Below, in pieces: positions 14,200 to 25,122 of a stretch of 64,000 nt of DNA. The notes under the pieces are model-generated. The model saw only the letters and a list, made by a program, of their open reading frames with translations. It ran no database searches and was not told where the DNA came from. Origin of the DNA: Lama guanicoe (Eukaryota); assembly GCA_013239625.1 (NCBI GenBank), contig MU056991.1, forward strand, positions 26,113,250 to 26,177,249, given 5' to 3'. Position 1 is the stretch's first letter. The number at the start of each line of letters is the position of its first letter. A program made the translations under genes and the position numbers.

Positions 14200-17100
14200 A
14201 AACCCACTGCTTTGGACAGGGATGAGGGGGAGCACCTGAACGTTTTCGGGGCGGTGTCACCGTCCTTCCATTCGATGGCCTCGGCAGCGAGCAGAGGAGC
14301 TGAATCCGGGAGGCGGGTCCCCTCCCTGGCTGCGAAAACGAACCGCGGTTCGAAGGGTTCTCGAGGAGTGAAAAAACTGAAGAGGACGGGATGGGAAGGG
14401 AAGAGTCGGGGGTGAGGGGAAACTTAGAAGGTAAACCAGTAGGACTGGTTGGCTGGTGGGACTGGCTAGTGAAACCAAGGGTTTGAGTAGAAAGAGGGGC
14501 TCTCCCTGGGTTGCTCTGAGCTCCATTCTGGGATTTGGGACGGAAAGAGAAAGGCAGAGGCTCCGGCTGGATCCCTTGCCCGCTTAAACAGTGTGTCAGA
14601 GCTTGCGGGGCCGGCGAAGAGGTGGGTCTGCCCCTACGCAGCCCCACGAGCCCCTACCCGGGGACGGGTCCCCGGCGGCTCCCGGGCCCCCTGCGCGCTC
14701 GGCCCACGCCCTGTAAAGGAGCTTCTGCTGTGGCCCGGGGAAGGGGCAGGTAGGGAGGGCGGCAGCCCGCACGGACCCGCGCGCTGTAGAGGTCAGTCTC
14801 GCTGCTCACACCCCTTCCCCATCCGCGCAGGAGCCTCCGAGGAGCCCCCCGCCCCCACCCCGATTGCGAGGGGCGCACTGGCTGGGGGAGCGGGTAAATA
14901 ATTGGCCAGGAGCCAGGCTTCCTGGTTCTTCCTCCCCTTTCCCGCGGCTTGACTGCACCCGGGGCTGCTGGGGCGGCGCAGCCCCTCGGGAAGCTGAGCC
15001 CAGGTAACCCGGCGCCCGCCCCGTCCCGGGTGTGGAGTCTGTGTCCCCGCGAACGTTCGTCTCCGAGGGTTTGAGTTGGTTCTCTCCCGGGTGGATGGCC
15101 ATCCCCACTTCCTAGCCGGAGCCGGGCTGCAAAGACACCTCGGGTCCTCGCGCTGACGCGGCCGAGAACGCCACTCTCGAGCGCAGAACGCACCTCAAAG
15201 TGCTGGGTTCCTGGCGCGCAGCCCGGGAACGCCGAGGGGGGAGGGAGGACCGGGAGGGAAAGGCAGGGATGTGGCGGGGGAGCAGTCAATGGCTTAGCCC
15301 AGCTCCCCGCAGGAGCTGCCGCCTGTTCACCGTCTATGCAGGCACCAGCTGGCAGCAGCATCTTTGAGGTACGAACACCGGGAAGGCCAAGGCCGGTTGG
15401 GGCCCCGGGAGCCCAGGGCACGCCGCGGGACTCCAGCTCTCCCGCTGCGCCCAAGGCTCAAGATGCTCGCGGCTTTATGAGGTTCCCTTACGGCCGAGTC
15501 CTCCATTAACACCTCCCCTGATTACTGAAAGGCTGGAAGGGCTGAAGCAGCCTCAGAGCTTGTCTGCCGGCACCGGTCCGCGTCTGTGCCCTCTGCCCAA
15601 CCCTTCCTCCTCCCCCTCCCGATCTGGAAGCATAAACAGAAAATAAAAGACAGGTGGAGGGAGCTGCCGGTCAGAGGTGAGGGATTCGGGTCAATNNNNN
15701 NNNNNNNNNNNNNNNNNNNNNNNNNNNNNNNNNNNNNNNNNNNNNNNNNNNNNNNNNNNNNNNNNNNNNNNNNNNNNNNNNNNNNNNNNNNNNNNNNNNN
15801 NNNNNNNNNNNNNNNNNNNNNNNNNNNNNNNNNNNNNNNNNNNNNNNNNNNNNNNNNNNNNNNNNNNNNNATTTATTTATTTGGATTAGCAGAGGACTCC
15901 TTGGCAAGACCTGGGGACCCGCCCGCACCTCTGGCCGCCGCCTCCCGCCCTCCCTCGCCGGGGACCAGGTTCTTGAGGGGAACTTCCGGCCGGACCTCAA
16001 GGTACCAATGGGGTTTGTCTAGTCGGAGCGGTTTTCTACCCTGGGTGTGCGCCTGACCGCCGGGGGCAGGACCGTCTCGGGCACCAACCGGAGGCTGCCC
16101 GGCTTCCTTCGAGGCCGCTCGGTACCCGTGGCCTCGGAGGGGGGAGCGGCTGGGACGCTTCCCCCGGGTGGTGGGAGGCGCTCGGGGCCCGGGGCCGCAC
16201 CTCTGAGCTGATGGGTTGATTTCTCTGCGGTGCAGCCACCATCCCAGCGTGATCAACTCCCGCTGTCAGAATGCTGAACGGCACCACCCTAGAGGCAGGT
16301 GAGTTCCGTGCCAGGCTCTTTCTCTTGCTTTTTTTCTTAAGCCAGTACATATATCGTGTGTGTGAGTGTGCGCACACGCGTGTGCACGCCTTCGTTGGGT
16401 AGAAGGAAGGCGGGTTTGCGCTTGTCTTAGCAATTAAACTGCTTCCTTGGCTCTGAAATACACGGTCTCCTTCAGGATTCCTGAAACCTGCGGTTTCCCT
16501 GCCCTTGCCCTTCTCTCGAATGTCTGAGTTTCTCAGGGTGGAGGTGCTGGGGGCGGAGGTCTAGGTGCCACTGCGCCGCGAGTTGCCGGCGGCGCCTGGG
16601 ATGCGCTCCGGGTCCTTCGCGGAGCTGCTGGAGGTGTCTCCTCACTGGAAGCGATGGGGCCGGGGGTCGGGAAGACACTGTTTCTTACCCGTGTAGGCCT
16701 TAACTGGAAACTACCTTCACCCCCTTTTTCTGTTCAAGCTGAAGTCCCGCAGCCGTTTCTGCGGGCGATCTCCGCGGACGCGGGGCGGGACGTCTCCCTT
16801 TATTCCTGCGGCGGCTGCGTGCCCGCCGCCCAGCAAATCCCAGGTAAAAGGGCTTCAGATTTCAGAAGCGCGGTGTTGGCGACTGGGCAGCAGTCCCTTG
16901 GAGAAGAGCTCGAGGGCGGTGGAGGAAGCGGTTTGAAGGGAGCACTGCACGCAGAGACCCGGAGGCCTTGCGGGGCGAAGGGGGTTCCTGGGCACAGAGC
17001 GCACCCCGGGCAGGGCCGGGTGCGCCCGCCGCGCGAAACCAGCTCCCGGCCAAGGTGCGCAGCGGCGCGGCCGCGGGCCTGCCTCTCGGTGCGATAGAGC

Positions 17101-17450
17101 TCCCGCGTCCCAGCGCCGCTCGGCCCGCTCCCATCTGGTCTGGAGGGAGGCCCTCCTAGAAAGACTAAATCCGAGGTGCGCCCTCGCGGCGGCGCCAGTC
17201 CGGACCTGTCACCCTGGGTGGTGGGAGAAGGTTCGCATGCAGAGTTTTCCTGTGCCCCGGCGCGCAGGAAAGAGAAAGGCCGGCGCGCCTCCGGTCGTCT
17301 TCTCGCCTCCCGCCCAGCGCAGAACCCCAGGCATCCAGGGTTGGGCGAGCGGTTCCCACCCCTAGGAAGGCGCCGACTCTACAGGGCCCTGGGGTGCTCA
17401 GGACGGTGCCAAAAGCTGGACACAGCTTCAAGAGCTGCGCCTTTCAGACC
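14200..17450. promoter_or_regulatory. LHX9: CpG island cluster: LHX9 distal promoter region
   Basis: CpG-dense blocks around the distal first exon at 16271; broad islands are typical of developmental transcription factor genes. Confidence 0.75.
16271..16298 (+). CDS. LHX9: LHX9 distal alternative first coding exon (MLNGTTLEA+G)
   Basis: ATGCTGAACGGCACCACCCTAGAGGCAG|GTGAGT; MLNGTTLEAAMLFHG is the recalled N-terminus of the shorter LHX9 isoform; consensus donor. Confidence 0.9.
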
Positions 17451-19409
17451 AAGGAGGCTCCTCAACCAGCTTACTAGGGAGGAGAGGTGCCATCTGCCCT
17501 TTTAAGGGCAGATTCAGGACACAGGATCGTGCCCTCCAAAATCCTCTAAAGAGCCCTTGAATCGCCTACGTTCTCAAGAGAGTCGGGTTTTCCTCTCCGG
17601 ACACGAAAGCTTCCCCTGCACCTTGGTAAAGCTATGCATTCCCTTTACTTCCCTCTTCTCCCCTCTGGAGAGCCGGAGTCCGGGACAAGGCTGCCGCCCT
17701 CGTGGAGATTCCGGGACCCTGACCTTCAATCCCTGCTCTCTGCCCCCGGGGTCCAAGCCGCCTGCTTTTTTCAAAGCGGCAACAGTAACCGGCTGGGTGG
17801 CTGGCGGAGCAGAAAAAAGAGTGGATGAAGTGCGCTCAGTCGTGGGGCGGGGGAGCCTCTGGCCAGAGTTCTGCCGCATTGCTCCAAACAGAGCTTTGTG
17901 TTTAGACGAGGGACCGGAGCTCTCACTCCGGGCCGCGGGCGGGGAGGTCCCTGCACCTGTCCCGTTGAGAGATGCGGGGCCTCAGCCCCAGAAACTGAGC
18001 AAGCCAGCACTCTAACGTTTACCGAGCCCTCAAGGGCTATTCCGCGGGCCGGGGCCCTAGCCCCTCCTCTTGAGACACGGAAGAAGGCAGAGCCACAAAG
18101 ACGCTCTCCTTAAAGTGCTTACCGTCCTTTGAGAGTGAAGGAGTGGGGGTGGGGGCACTCTCACGCAACCTCCCAGAGGCTGCAAGACAAAAAGGTTAGG
18201 ACGTCCCAGGTCACACCCCCAATTCTTGGAGTATCCCCCCTACCCAGACCTCCCCATGGGCTTCCTTTTTCCGGAACTGTGAGAGGCTGGACCGATGCGG
18301 AGCGATTTCCGATTTCTGCAGAACTAACAAGGACCTCCCAAACTCCAGCGGCCCCCTGTCCCACCCCCTAGCTCTCTGCAAACTTCCTGCATTGGCTGAG
18401 AAGGAAGAATCCTGGCAGTTCACTTCTTTATGGGAAATAGCAAGTCCCACCCGGTGCTGGATCTTATAACCCGGGTTTTATAAGAAAAAGCAGGGATAGC
18501 TGGGCTCCAACCTGGAAGCTGATGGCGGCAGGTCTTCTGACCTGCCTGTGTCTGATTCGTGATTAACGAATCTGTGTGCAGTAGATAGAGGAAGGAAGGA
18601 AGAGTGGGAGGGCGTCTGTGCCTGGCTTCGCTGGAGACTCTTCACAAAGTTCTGGCTTTTCCCTGGAGTTGTTAGTTAAACTTTCACTTAAGGAAGTCTC
18701 CAAAGTTTCATCCCTTGCAAGGAGGCAGTGGTGTTCTTAGGTTCTTTGTTGGTTTTGCTGAGCAGGACCCAAATCCAACAACAGCCAAACCCAATTCCAG
18801 ACATCCCCATGAGGAGAAGCGGGGAGAAGTTAGCCTGGAAACTAGACAAAGCAGGTCCCTGGATTGAGGTCCCATATTTACTTTTTCCTTTGAGCATCCT
18901 TGGGTTAATTGACTGATGTTCTTCTCAGAGACCCCTCCTCTTTCTCCTCCTTCTCCTCCTCCTCCCCACCTCCTCGGGTCCCAGTCACCGTCTTGTGGGA
19001 AGGCAGTCGGCCCCTTTGTGAGAGGACCTGCTGTCTCTGAAAGAGCTGCTGCCCCCAGCCCCTGCGTTTGTGCACGTGGGTTTGAAAAGCTCATTGATTT
19101 CCATCCAAAGGGGCTAATTACATTACTTACAGTAAATAGCAGCCCTGCTGTCCAGTAGAGCTGCCAAAGTGAGGGGGGAGATCTCCAGCTTAGTTCACTT
19201 GATTGGCTTCATTTTTGTGTGAAATTGTATTTTATGAGCTGTATTCTGGCACCCGGAGGACCATGACAGCGACCAGTTTGCAAATAACATTATTTTTGAC
19301 CCTGATAAAAGAGCAAGGGGGAGGGAAGCAGTGGTGTTTTGGGTTTCATGGCAGAGGTTACTCCAGCAGCTTCAGAAGGGATGCTCTGAAACAGGAAGTC
19401 AGGCTGCAC

Positions 19410-19567
19410 CATTCTTGTCTCCTTCCTTCTTTCTACTCCCTCTTCCACCCCATGCTTTCTCTACCTTCTTTCCTTCCTCTCCTTCTTCCTTCCCTTCCAG
19501 GCTACTTCCTTCCTTCCCTCTCTGGCTCCTTCCTTCCTTCTCTCCCTCTCTCCCTTCATCTCTCTAG
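19410..19567 (+). repeat. CT-rich homopyrimidine tract
   Basis: ~155 nt almost entirely C/T (ccttccttcc-like units). Confidence 0.85.
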
Positions 19568-20660
19568 ATTTGAACACTGTTCCATGTAGAGCTCCTCCCG
19601 AGGGGAGGCGAGCCTGCCACGAGGGACCTCCTCGAGGTGTCCAGGACCATCCGGGTAGAAGCCGGCGGTTCTGGTAGAGCTAGCCACCAGGGCGCGGTGG
19701 GAAACAGGCAGGACGGGGTGGGGGTGGGGTGTACCGAACGGAGCGCAGCCTCGAGCTTCCTCCTCTCTCTGCTTAAAGCTGGGTGGGTTCCTGCCGCTGC
19801 TCCCCGCTTCGGGTCCCCAGTGGGCTTCAGGTGGTTTGAATGAAGCGACAATATCAGAGTATTGTGGCCACTTTTAATAGGGCCAAGGAGGGGCCCCGGC
19901 TAACGGGAACAGAGGGAGAGCGAACAACCCCTCCTCTTGTGAGGCTCAGGACTGCCATTCTGCTTGTCAGCTCGCACCTTCCCCTCCTCCACGGCGAGGA
20001 GCCCCCTTCACATCCTCCCAAGTGTGCAGCGCGTCCAGCTTTACGAGTCCCTTGTCTAGCCGGGGCGTGGGGCGCGCGCCTGGTCCCGTGGGGGCGGCGC
20101 CCAGCTCGTGGGTGTCTCCGAGTCACTGTCCACATTGACAAGTTTTCTATGGGGCAGTGGAATCGCCAGCCGTTTCCCTTCAAACCTGAACTGGGTAAGA
20201 GAATACATCGCTCCCTGGTCATGGTTCACGTCTCCAAGCCCATGTCCTGGCCTCTAATTTTTCAAAGAAAATCTTTTGGCCAAAAGGAAACTCCAGAAAT
20301 AATAGGCTCTTCTAGCTCCTTTTCACTTTGGAGGTGGCTTCAGCCTCTGGGAGAGTCGGGGGCCCTAGGAGGAGGTGAAGCCACTCTGCTTTTAAAAAGT
20401 GAGTTGAGACAGCGGTGGTGGGGAGGAGAGAAATATCTGTCCCCAAATATGTACTTATTTGGGGTCCCCATCAGCTGGGGACCAGAAAGTCCACAAGGAG
20501 GAGACCTAAAGTTTGGAGCTGACCTTCTGTACGACTTGAGCCAGGATCTGATCTTGAACTTGGACCAAACAGGCCGGCCTTCTGCCTCCTGCGCCAGGGC
20601 GGGGACAATAAGGGCTCCTTTTTCCCCTTTAAAACGTGATTGCTGGGAACTCTTGGAAGG

Positions 20661-20661
<1 letters not shown>

Positions 20662-20694
<33 letters not shown>
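20662..20694 (+). repeat. (TG)16 microsatellite
   Basis: Directly visible. Confidence 0.97.
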
Positions 20695-20695
<1 letters not shown>

Positions 20696-21199
20696 GGGGG
20701 GAAGTAAATGCCCCCTCCTCCTGCCTTCCCCCTCCCCCCCATGTTNNNNNNNNNNNNNNNNNNNNNNNNNNNNNNNNNNNNNNNNNNNNNNNNNNNNNNN
20801 NNNNNNNNNNNNNNNNNNNNNNNNNNNNNNNNNNNNNNNNNNNNNNNNNNNNNNNNNNNNNNNNNNNNNNNNNNNNNNNNNNNNNNNNNNNNNNNNNNNN
20901 NNNNNNNNNAGTCCCCGACCCAACCTACAGGCACTGGGAACTTGCAAGCAGGCAGGGACCGCTGAAAATAGCACTTCTTTTTCTTTCTTTGTGTTCAAAA
21001 CTATTTTCTTTCTTCACCAGATTTGTTTTCCTCCCCCCGCGGCAGTTGTTTCTCATTAGTAACTCGATCTCTCAGAGCAGTAAGATTTGCCTTCGCCTCC
21101 TTTCCCCTCCGCCCGTGCTTGTTTGTTTTCTGCACATCTCCTTCAGGGAGCCGCTGGGGCTTTTCCCCCCTTCTTCCTTTTTTCTTTTCCGAGCAGACC

Positions 21200-22520
21200 A
21201 GTTTCCACTCCGTCTGCCTTTCTTCTTCCCTCTCTCCGTCTCCGCCTCTGTCCCCGAGCGTCTCAGCACTCCCGCATCGCGCAGCATCTCGGTCCCTTCT
21301 GCTCCTTCCCNNNNNNNNNNNNNNNNNNNNNNNNNNNNNNNNNNNNNNNNNNNNNNNNNNNNNNNNNNNNNNNNNNNNNNNNNNNNNNNNNNNNNNNNNN
21401 NNNNNNNNNNNNNNNNNNNNNNNNNNNNNNNNNNNNNNNNNNNNNNNNNNNNNNNNNNNNNNNNNNNNNNNNNNNNNNNNNNNNNNNNNNNNNNNNNNNN
21501 NNNNNNNNNNNNNNNNNNNNNNNNNNNNNNNNNNNNNNGGTGGCCGGGCGCCCGCGCGCGCGCTGGGAAGCCGAGGCGAGCCTCCCGGGCCGGCCGAGCG
21601 AGGATGGCGGGTCGTAGGGGCGTCCGCTCCAGACGGGCGGGTGGGTTATCTCCCGTCTGCCAGTCTGCGAGGTAAGAAACGGCCCCTTTCTACCTTGAAT
21701 TGTCTGCACTGCTGATACCCCGAGCTCGCTATCCTCTGCCGCAGCTGGTCCCGGGAAAGCAGGGAGAGCCCAGCGCGGGAGGATGCGGACATCCTCTTCT
21801 GCAGACCTTAGGCTTCGGTCTTCGGGCCGGCTGGGCTCCCGGCGCCTCCCCGCCGAGGATCTGCGGCCCGAGGGCGAGTTGGGTGCTGGCAGTGGGCTCC
21901 CGGCACGAGGCCGAGCGTCCGGGCCGGGCTGAAGCCCGGTGCCTCTAGTCTCTGGGTCTGGTGGCCGGACCTTTGGAACCGACTAGGACCGATGGGGCTC
22001 CCTCCAGTTCTCCGGACGCTCGGGACGCAGAACCTCCAAACATCGCGATTTCCCGGGTCTCCGACCGCCTGGCTCAGCCCCTGAGTGAGACAGGACCGCG
22101 CTCAGCTCCCGGGCCGGGTGGCTGTAGCGTGCAGGGCAATCTAATAGAAAATCCGGAGAAGTGGGGCACCCACCCAAAGCGCGAGAACTTTCTAACCCTA
22201 AACGCTGTCATCGACCACCTCTGTTACTACTATTCATAAGAACAAAAACCATGCCTGCTTAATAAAGAAAACCAACTAATAATCTATGTGCTTGCCTTTC
22301 CCACTTAACGAGCCGGAGGGGTAATACTGCAAAGGTCTCCGGAAATGATTTCAGCCAAACAGAGCCGAGTAGATCCTCAGGCATCGCCCGGGAACCGTAG
22401 TTCAAACTAACCCGGCAGGCGGCCCCGGGCGGGTCAGTGGTGTCTTGTGTCCACAAGTAGCGAGTCGGTGGGCGCTTCTACGTTTGCAACACGAATTCAT
22501 TGCGGAGGCCCCGTCCGATC
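21200..22520. promoter_or_regulatory. LHX9: CpG island: LHX9 proximal promoter / intron 1
   Basis: CpG-rich sequence on both sides of the 21311-21538 gap. Confidence 0.7.
21311..21538 (+). CDS. LHX9: Inferred LHX9 proximal first coding exon (MEIVGCR...MLFHGISGG...NGRDA), hidden in N-gap
   Basis: Not visible. Inferred because this ~58-codon exon is not found between 16298 and 23449, and this 228-nt gap in a CpG island is large enough to hold it. Confidence 0.55.
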
Positions 22521-23448
22521 ACAGGGGGAGACTCTACTTTTCCAGGCCGCCAGAGTTACGTGGGGGAAGTCCAACCCATTCCTGCTAGTCCTGAGGGAAA
22601 TGTCCAGCGGTTAAGCTCCCCCCCCCTTTGTGGCTATTCTGTTTAAAAACAAAAAGCAGTAATCCAAACCCAAATTTCACCGCGGGGCTGCGCTTGTTAT
22701 GGGGAGGTTTCCCCATCCTCGCGCCTCGTGGCGACGCAGGAGGGAAGCTTAATTTGGGCATTAAACAGATTTTCAGGACAAAGATCTCCTGCGTATAGCG
22801 ATGTCAAGGAAAGAGGGACTATGCGGAGGGGATCGTGACAACGGACTGTCTCCGGGAACAGGCACTGCACACACTTACCAGGAAAAGGGCCAATATCCCT
22901 GAAACTAGCAAGATCTGCCAAATACAACCCGATCAAAACAATGTTGACTGAATTATGAATACAAGTGTAAAAACCTCTCCTTTCAATTTCAACGTTGCTT
23001 GTAAGAATTTAGAGAAATAGAAATGTAATAGCGTTTATTTAAAAACAATTCATGCTTGTTCAGATCTCCTTTCCACTTTCCAGTGACAATCTCCGTTGTT
23101 TTTATTTCGTGTGCGTTGAAAGCCCCGATTTTTAGCTTTTAATTATTCGAATTCGGGAACATCCACCAAACTCTAGCCTATGAGCTCCTAGCCTTTTAAA
23201 AAAGGCTCGAGGTGGCCGGCCTGTCTTTAGGTTAAGTCCCAGGAGGACACGAACGCCGGGTTCAGGCAGATGCGGCAGAGAGGGTGAGAGTCGAAGAGGG
23301 AGAAACAGCCAACGTTCCCCCGACGTTTGCCTTTGCGCAGTGGCCCTGACCTTGCGATGCTCGCTGGCGCGGAGGACCCGCGCTGCGCTGGGGGGACCCG
23401 CGTGGGGCGGCCCCGCGCCCCGCTGACCGTGCGCGTGCTTCCTTGCAG

Positions 23449-23651
23449 GGCATGCCCCCGCTGAGCCNNNNNNNNNNNNNNNNNNNNNNNNNNNNNNNNN
23501 NNNNNNNNNNNNNNNNNNNNNNNNNNNNNNNNNNNNNNNNNNNNNNNNNNNNNNNNNNNNNNNNNNNNNNNNNNNNNNNNNNNNNNNNNNNNNNNNNNNN
23601 NNNNNNNNNNNNNNNNNNNNNNNNNNNNNNNNNNNNNNNNNNNNNNNNNNN
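23449..23651 (+). CDS. LHX9: LHX9 LIM1 exon (starts GMPPLS; rest in gap 23468-23670)
   Basis: Acceptor gctgacc...cttccttgcAG|GGCATGCCCCCGCTGAGCC; end coordinate inferred from ortholog protein length (phase 2). Confidence 0.8.
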
Positions 23652-24766
23652 NNNNNNNNNNNNNNNNNNNTTACGGCACACTTGGTGGGGCCACCTGCCC
23701 AAGCCCCCGAGTCCCCTCCCTGTTCACCGCCCCTTGCCCCATCGGTGGTACGGTTGCAAGTCCCCAGACCGGGGAAGTCCACCGCGTAAGCCTTCAAGCT
23801 GCAGCCCCCGCCCCGAGATGCGCGGTGAGGATGGGCGGGGAGGGCGCACCCCAGGTCTAGAGCAAGGATCAGTGACTGTCCTTCACTGGCGGCCCTTGGC
23901 AGCTCAGCTGAGGGAACTGGGGAAATCGCGGGAGGGTAAATGAACGCGTCTCCGTCCACCGAGACTAAAGCGGCTTTGTTTTCCGTTTACTACGAACTGG
24001 GCAAGGCCGGTGCCTTGGAACTGAACCGGTGGCCAGGGCACCAGCAACTGGTTTTCAGGTTTTCGCGAGGGTGGCGGGAAATCGAGTAAGTGACCATGAA
24101 AGGAACAATTCCCGTTGCCAAAGCCCAGGCCGCTCTTCAGATTTGCCCTTGCCGCTGGTTCGAACCTGCCCGCCACACGCCAGACGCCGGAGAGCAAACT
24201 GTGGTCGCGTGTTTGTTAGTTCTTCCCAGTTCTGTTTCTCGATTGGGAACGGGAGCTACGTGCAGGTGACCCAGCTCCGCTCTCCGCCGCAGACACAGAA
24301 GTGGTTAAAAAAATGAACGCGCTTTCCTCTGCAAAACTGCCCCCCGCCAAGGCTCTGTCTGTCCGAATGCTTTCACGCACACTCACACTTCCATAAATAA
24401 TTACAGCACCCTTCGTTTGTATGTTCTGTAATCGAGAGAACGTTTTCACTTGGCATCGCGATGTAATATTTTTAACATAGTTTTGTGAGTTAGCCAGGGC
24501 AGAGTTTTATGGGGGGGTTGCTTTTGAAAATTTTCACTTTACAGAGAAGAAAATTGAGGATCAGTTCCCTGCGTCTTCTGATTTTAATGTAAGGGTTCTT
24601 TGTCTTGTTCACCAGAGCAGGTCAATAGGCAAATCAAATTGATGTCCAGGTGGGCACAGGTCTCCCCCTCCGGGACCCCTCCCAGGTCTCAGTCTTGGGC
24701 CACTGCTGACCAAGACCCAGTTGTCTTTGCCTCCACCAACGCCCTGACTCGACTGTTTCCTTCCAG

Positions 24767-25122
24767 AAGGTTCTCTGTGCAGAGATGTGCCCGCTGCCAC
24801 CTTGGCATCTCCGCCTCCGAGATGGTAATGCGCGCCCGAGACTCCGTCTACCACTTGAGCTGTTTTACCTGCTCCACCTGCAACAAGACCCTGACCACGG
24901 GTGACCATTTTGGCATGAAGGACAGCCTGGTGTACTGCCGCGCCCACTTCGAGACCCTCTTGCAAGGGGAGTACCCTCCACAGCTGAGCTACACCGAGCT
25001 GGCGGCCAAGAGCGGCGGCTTGGCCCTGCCTTACTTCAACGGCACGGGCACCGTGCAGAAGGGGCGGCCCCGGAAGCGGAAGAGCCCAGCGCTGGGAGTG
25101 GACATCGTCAATTACAACTCAG
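24767..25122 (+). CDS. LHX9: LHX9 LIM2 exon (RFSVQRCARCHLGISASEMVMRARDSVYHLSCFTCSTC...YCRAHF...GRPRKRKSPALGVDIVNYNS)
   Basis: LIM zinc-finger Cys/His spacing; acceptor ttccttccAG at 24766, donor CAG|GTGGGC at 25123; matches recalled LHX9. Confidence 0.97.

Noticed and set aside
18462-18485. Imperfect palindrome tcttataa-cccgggtt-ttataaga
   Set aside because: Short, single and without supporting context; compatible with chance.
19840-21675. 611-aa ORF in the ORF track
   Set aside because: Length is inflated by two N-gaps and a (TG)n repeat. The ~300 codons before the first gap are open but resemble no protein I recognise and lie in promoter/intron DNA.
23449-23670. Apparent loss of LHX9 LIM1 domain, first exon and C-terminus (pseudogene?)
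   Set aside because: Missing parts coincide with N-gaps of suitable size; all visible exons have intact frames and splice sites.
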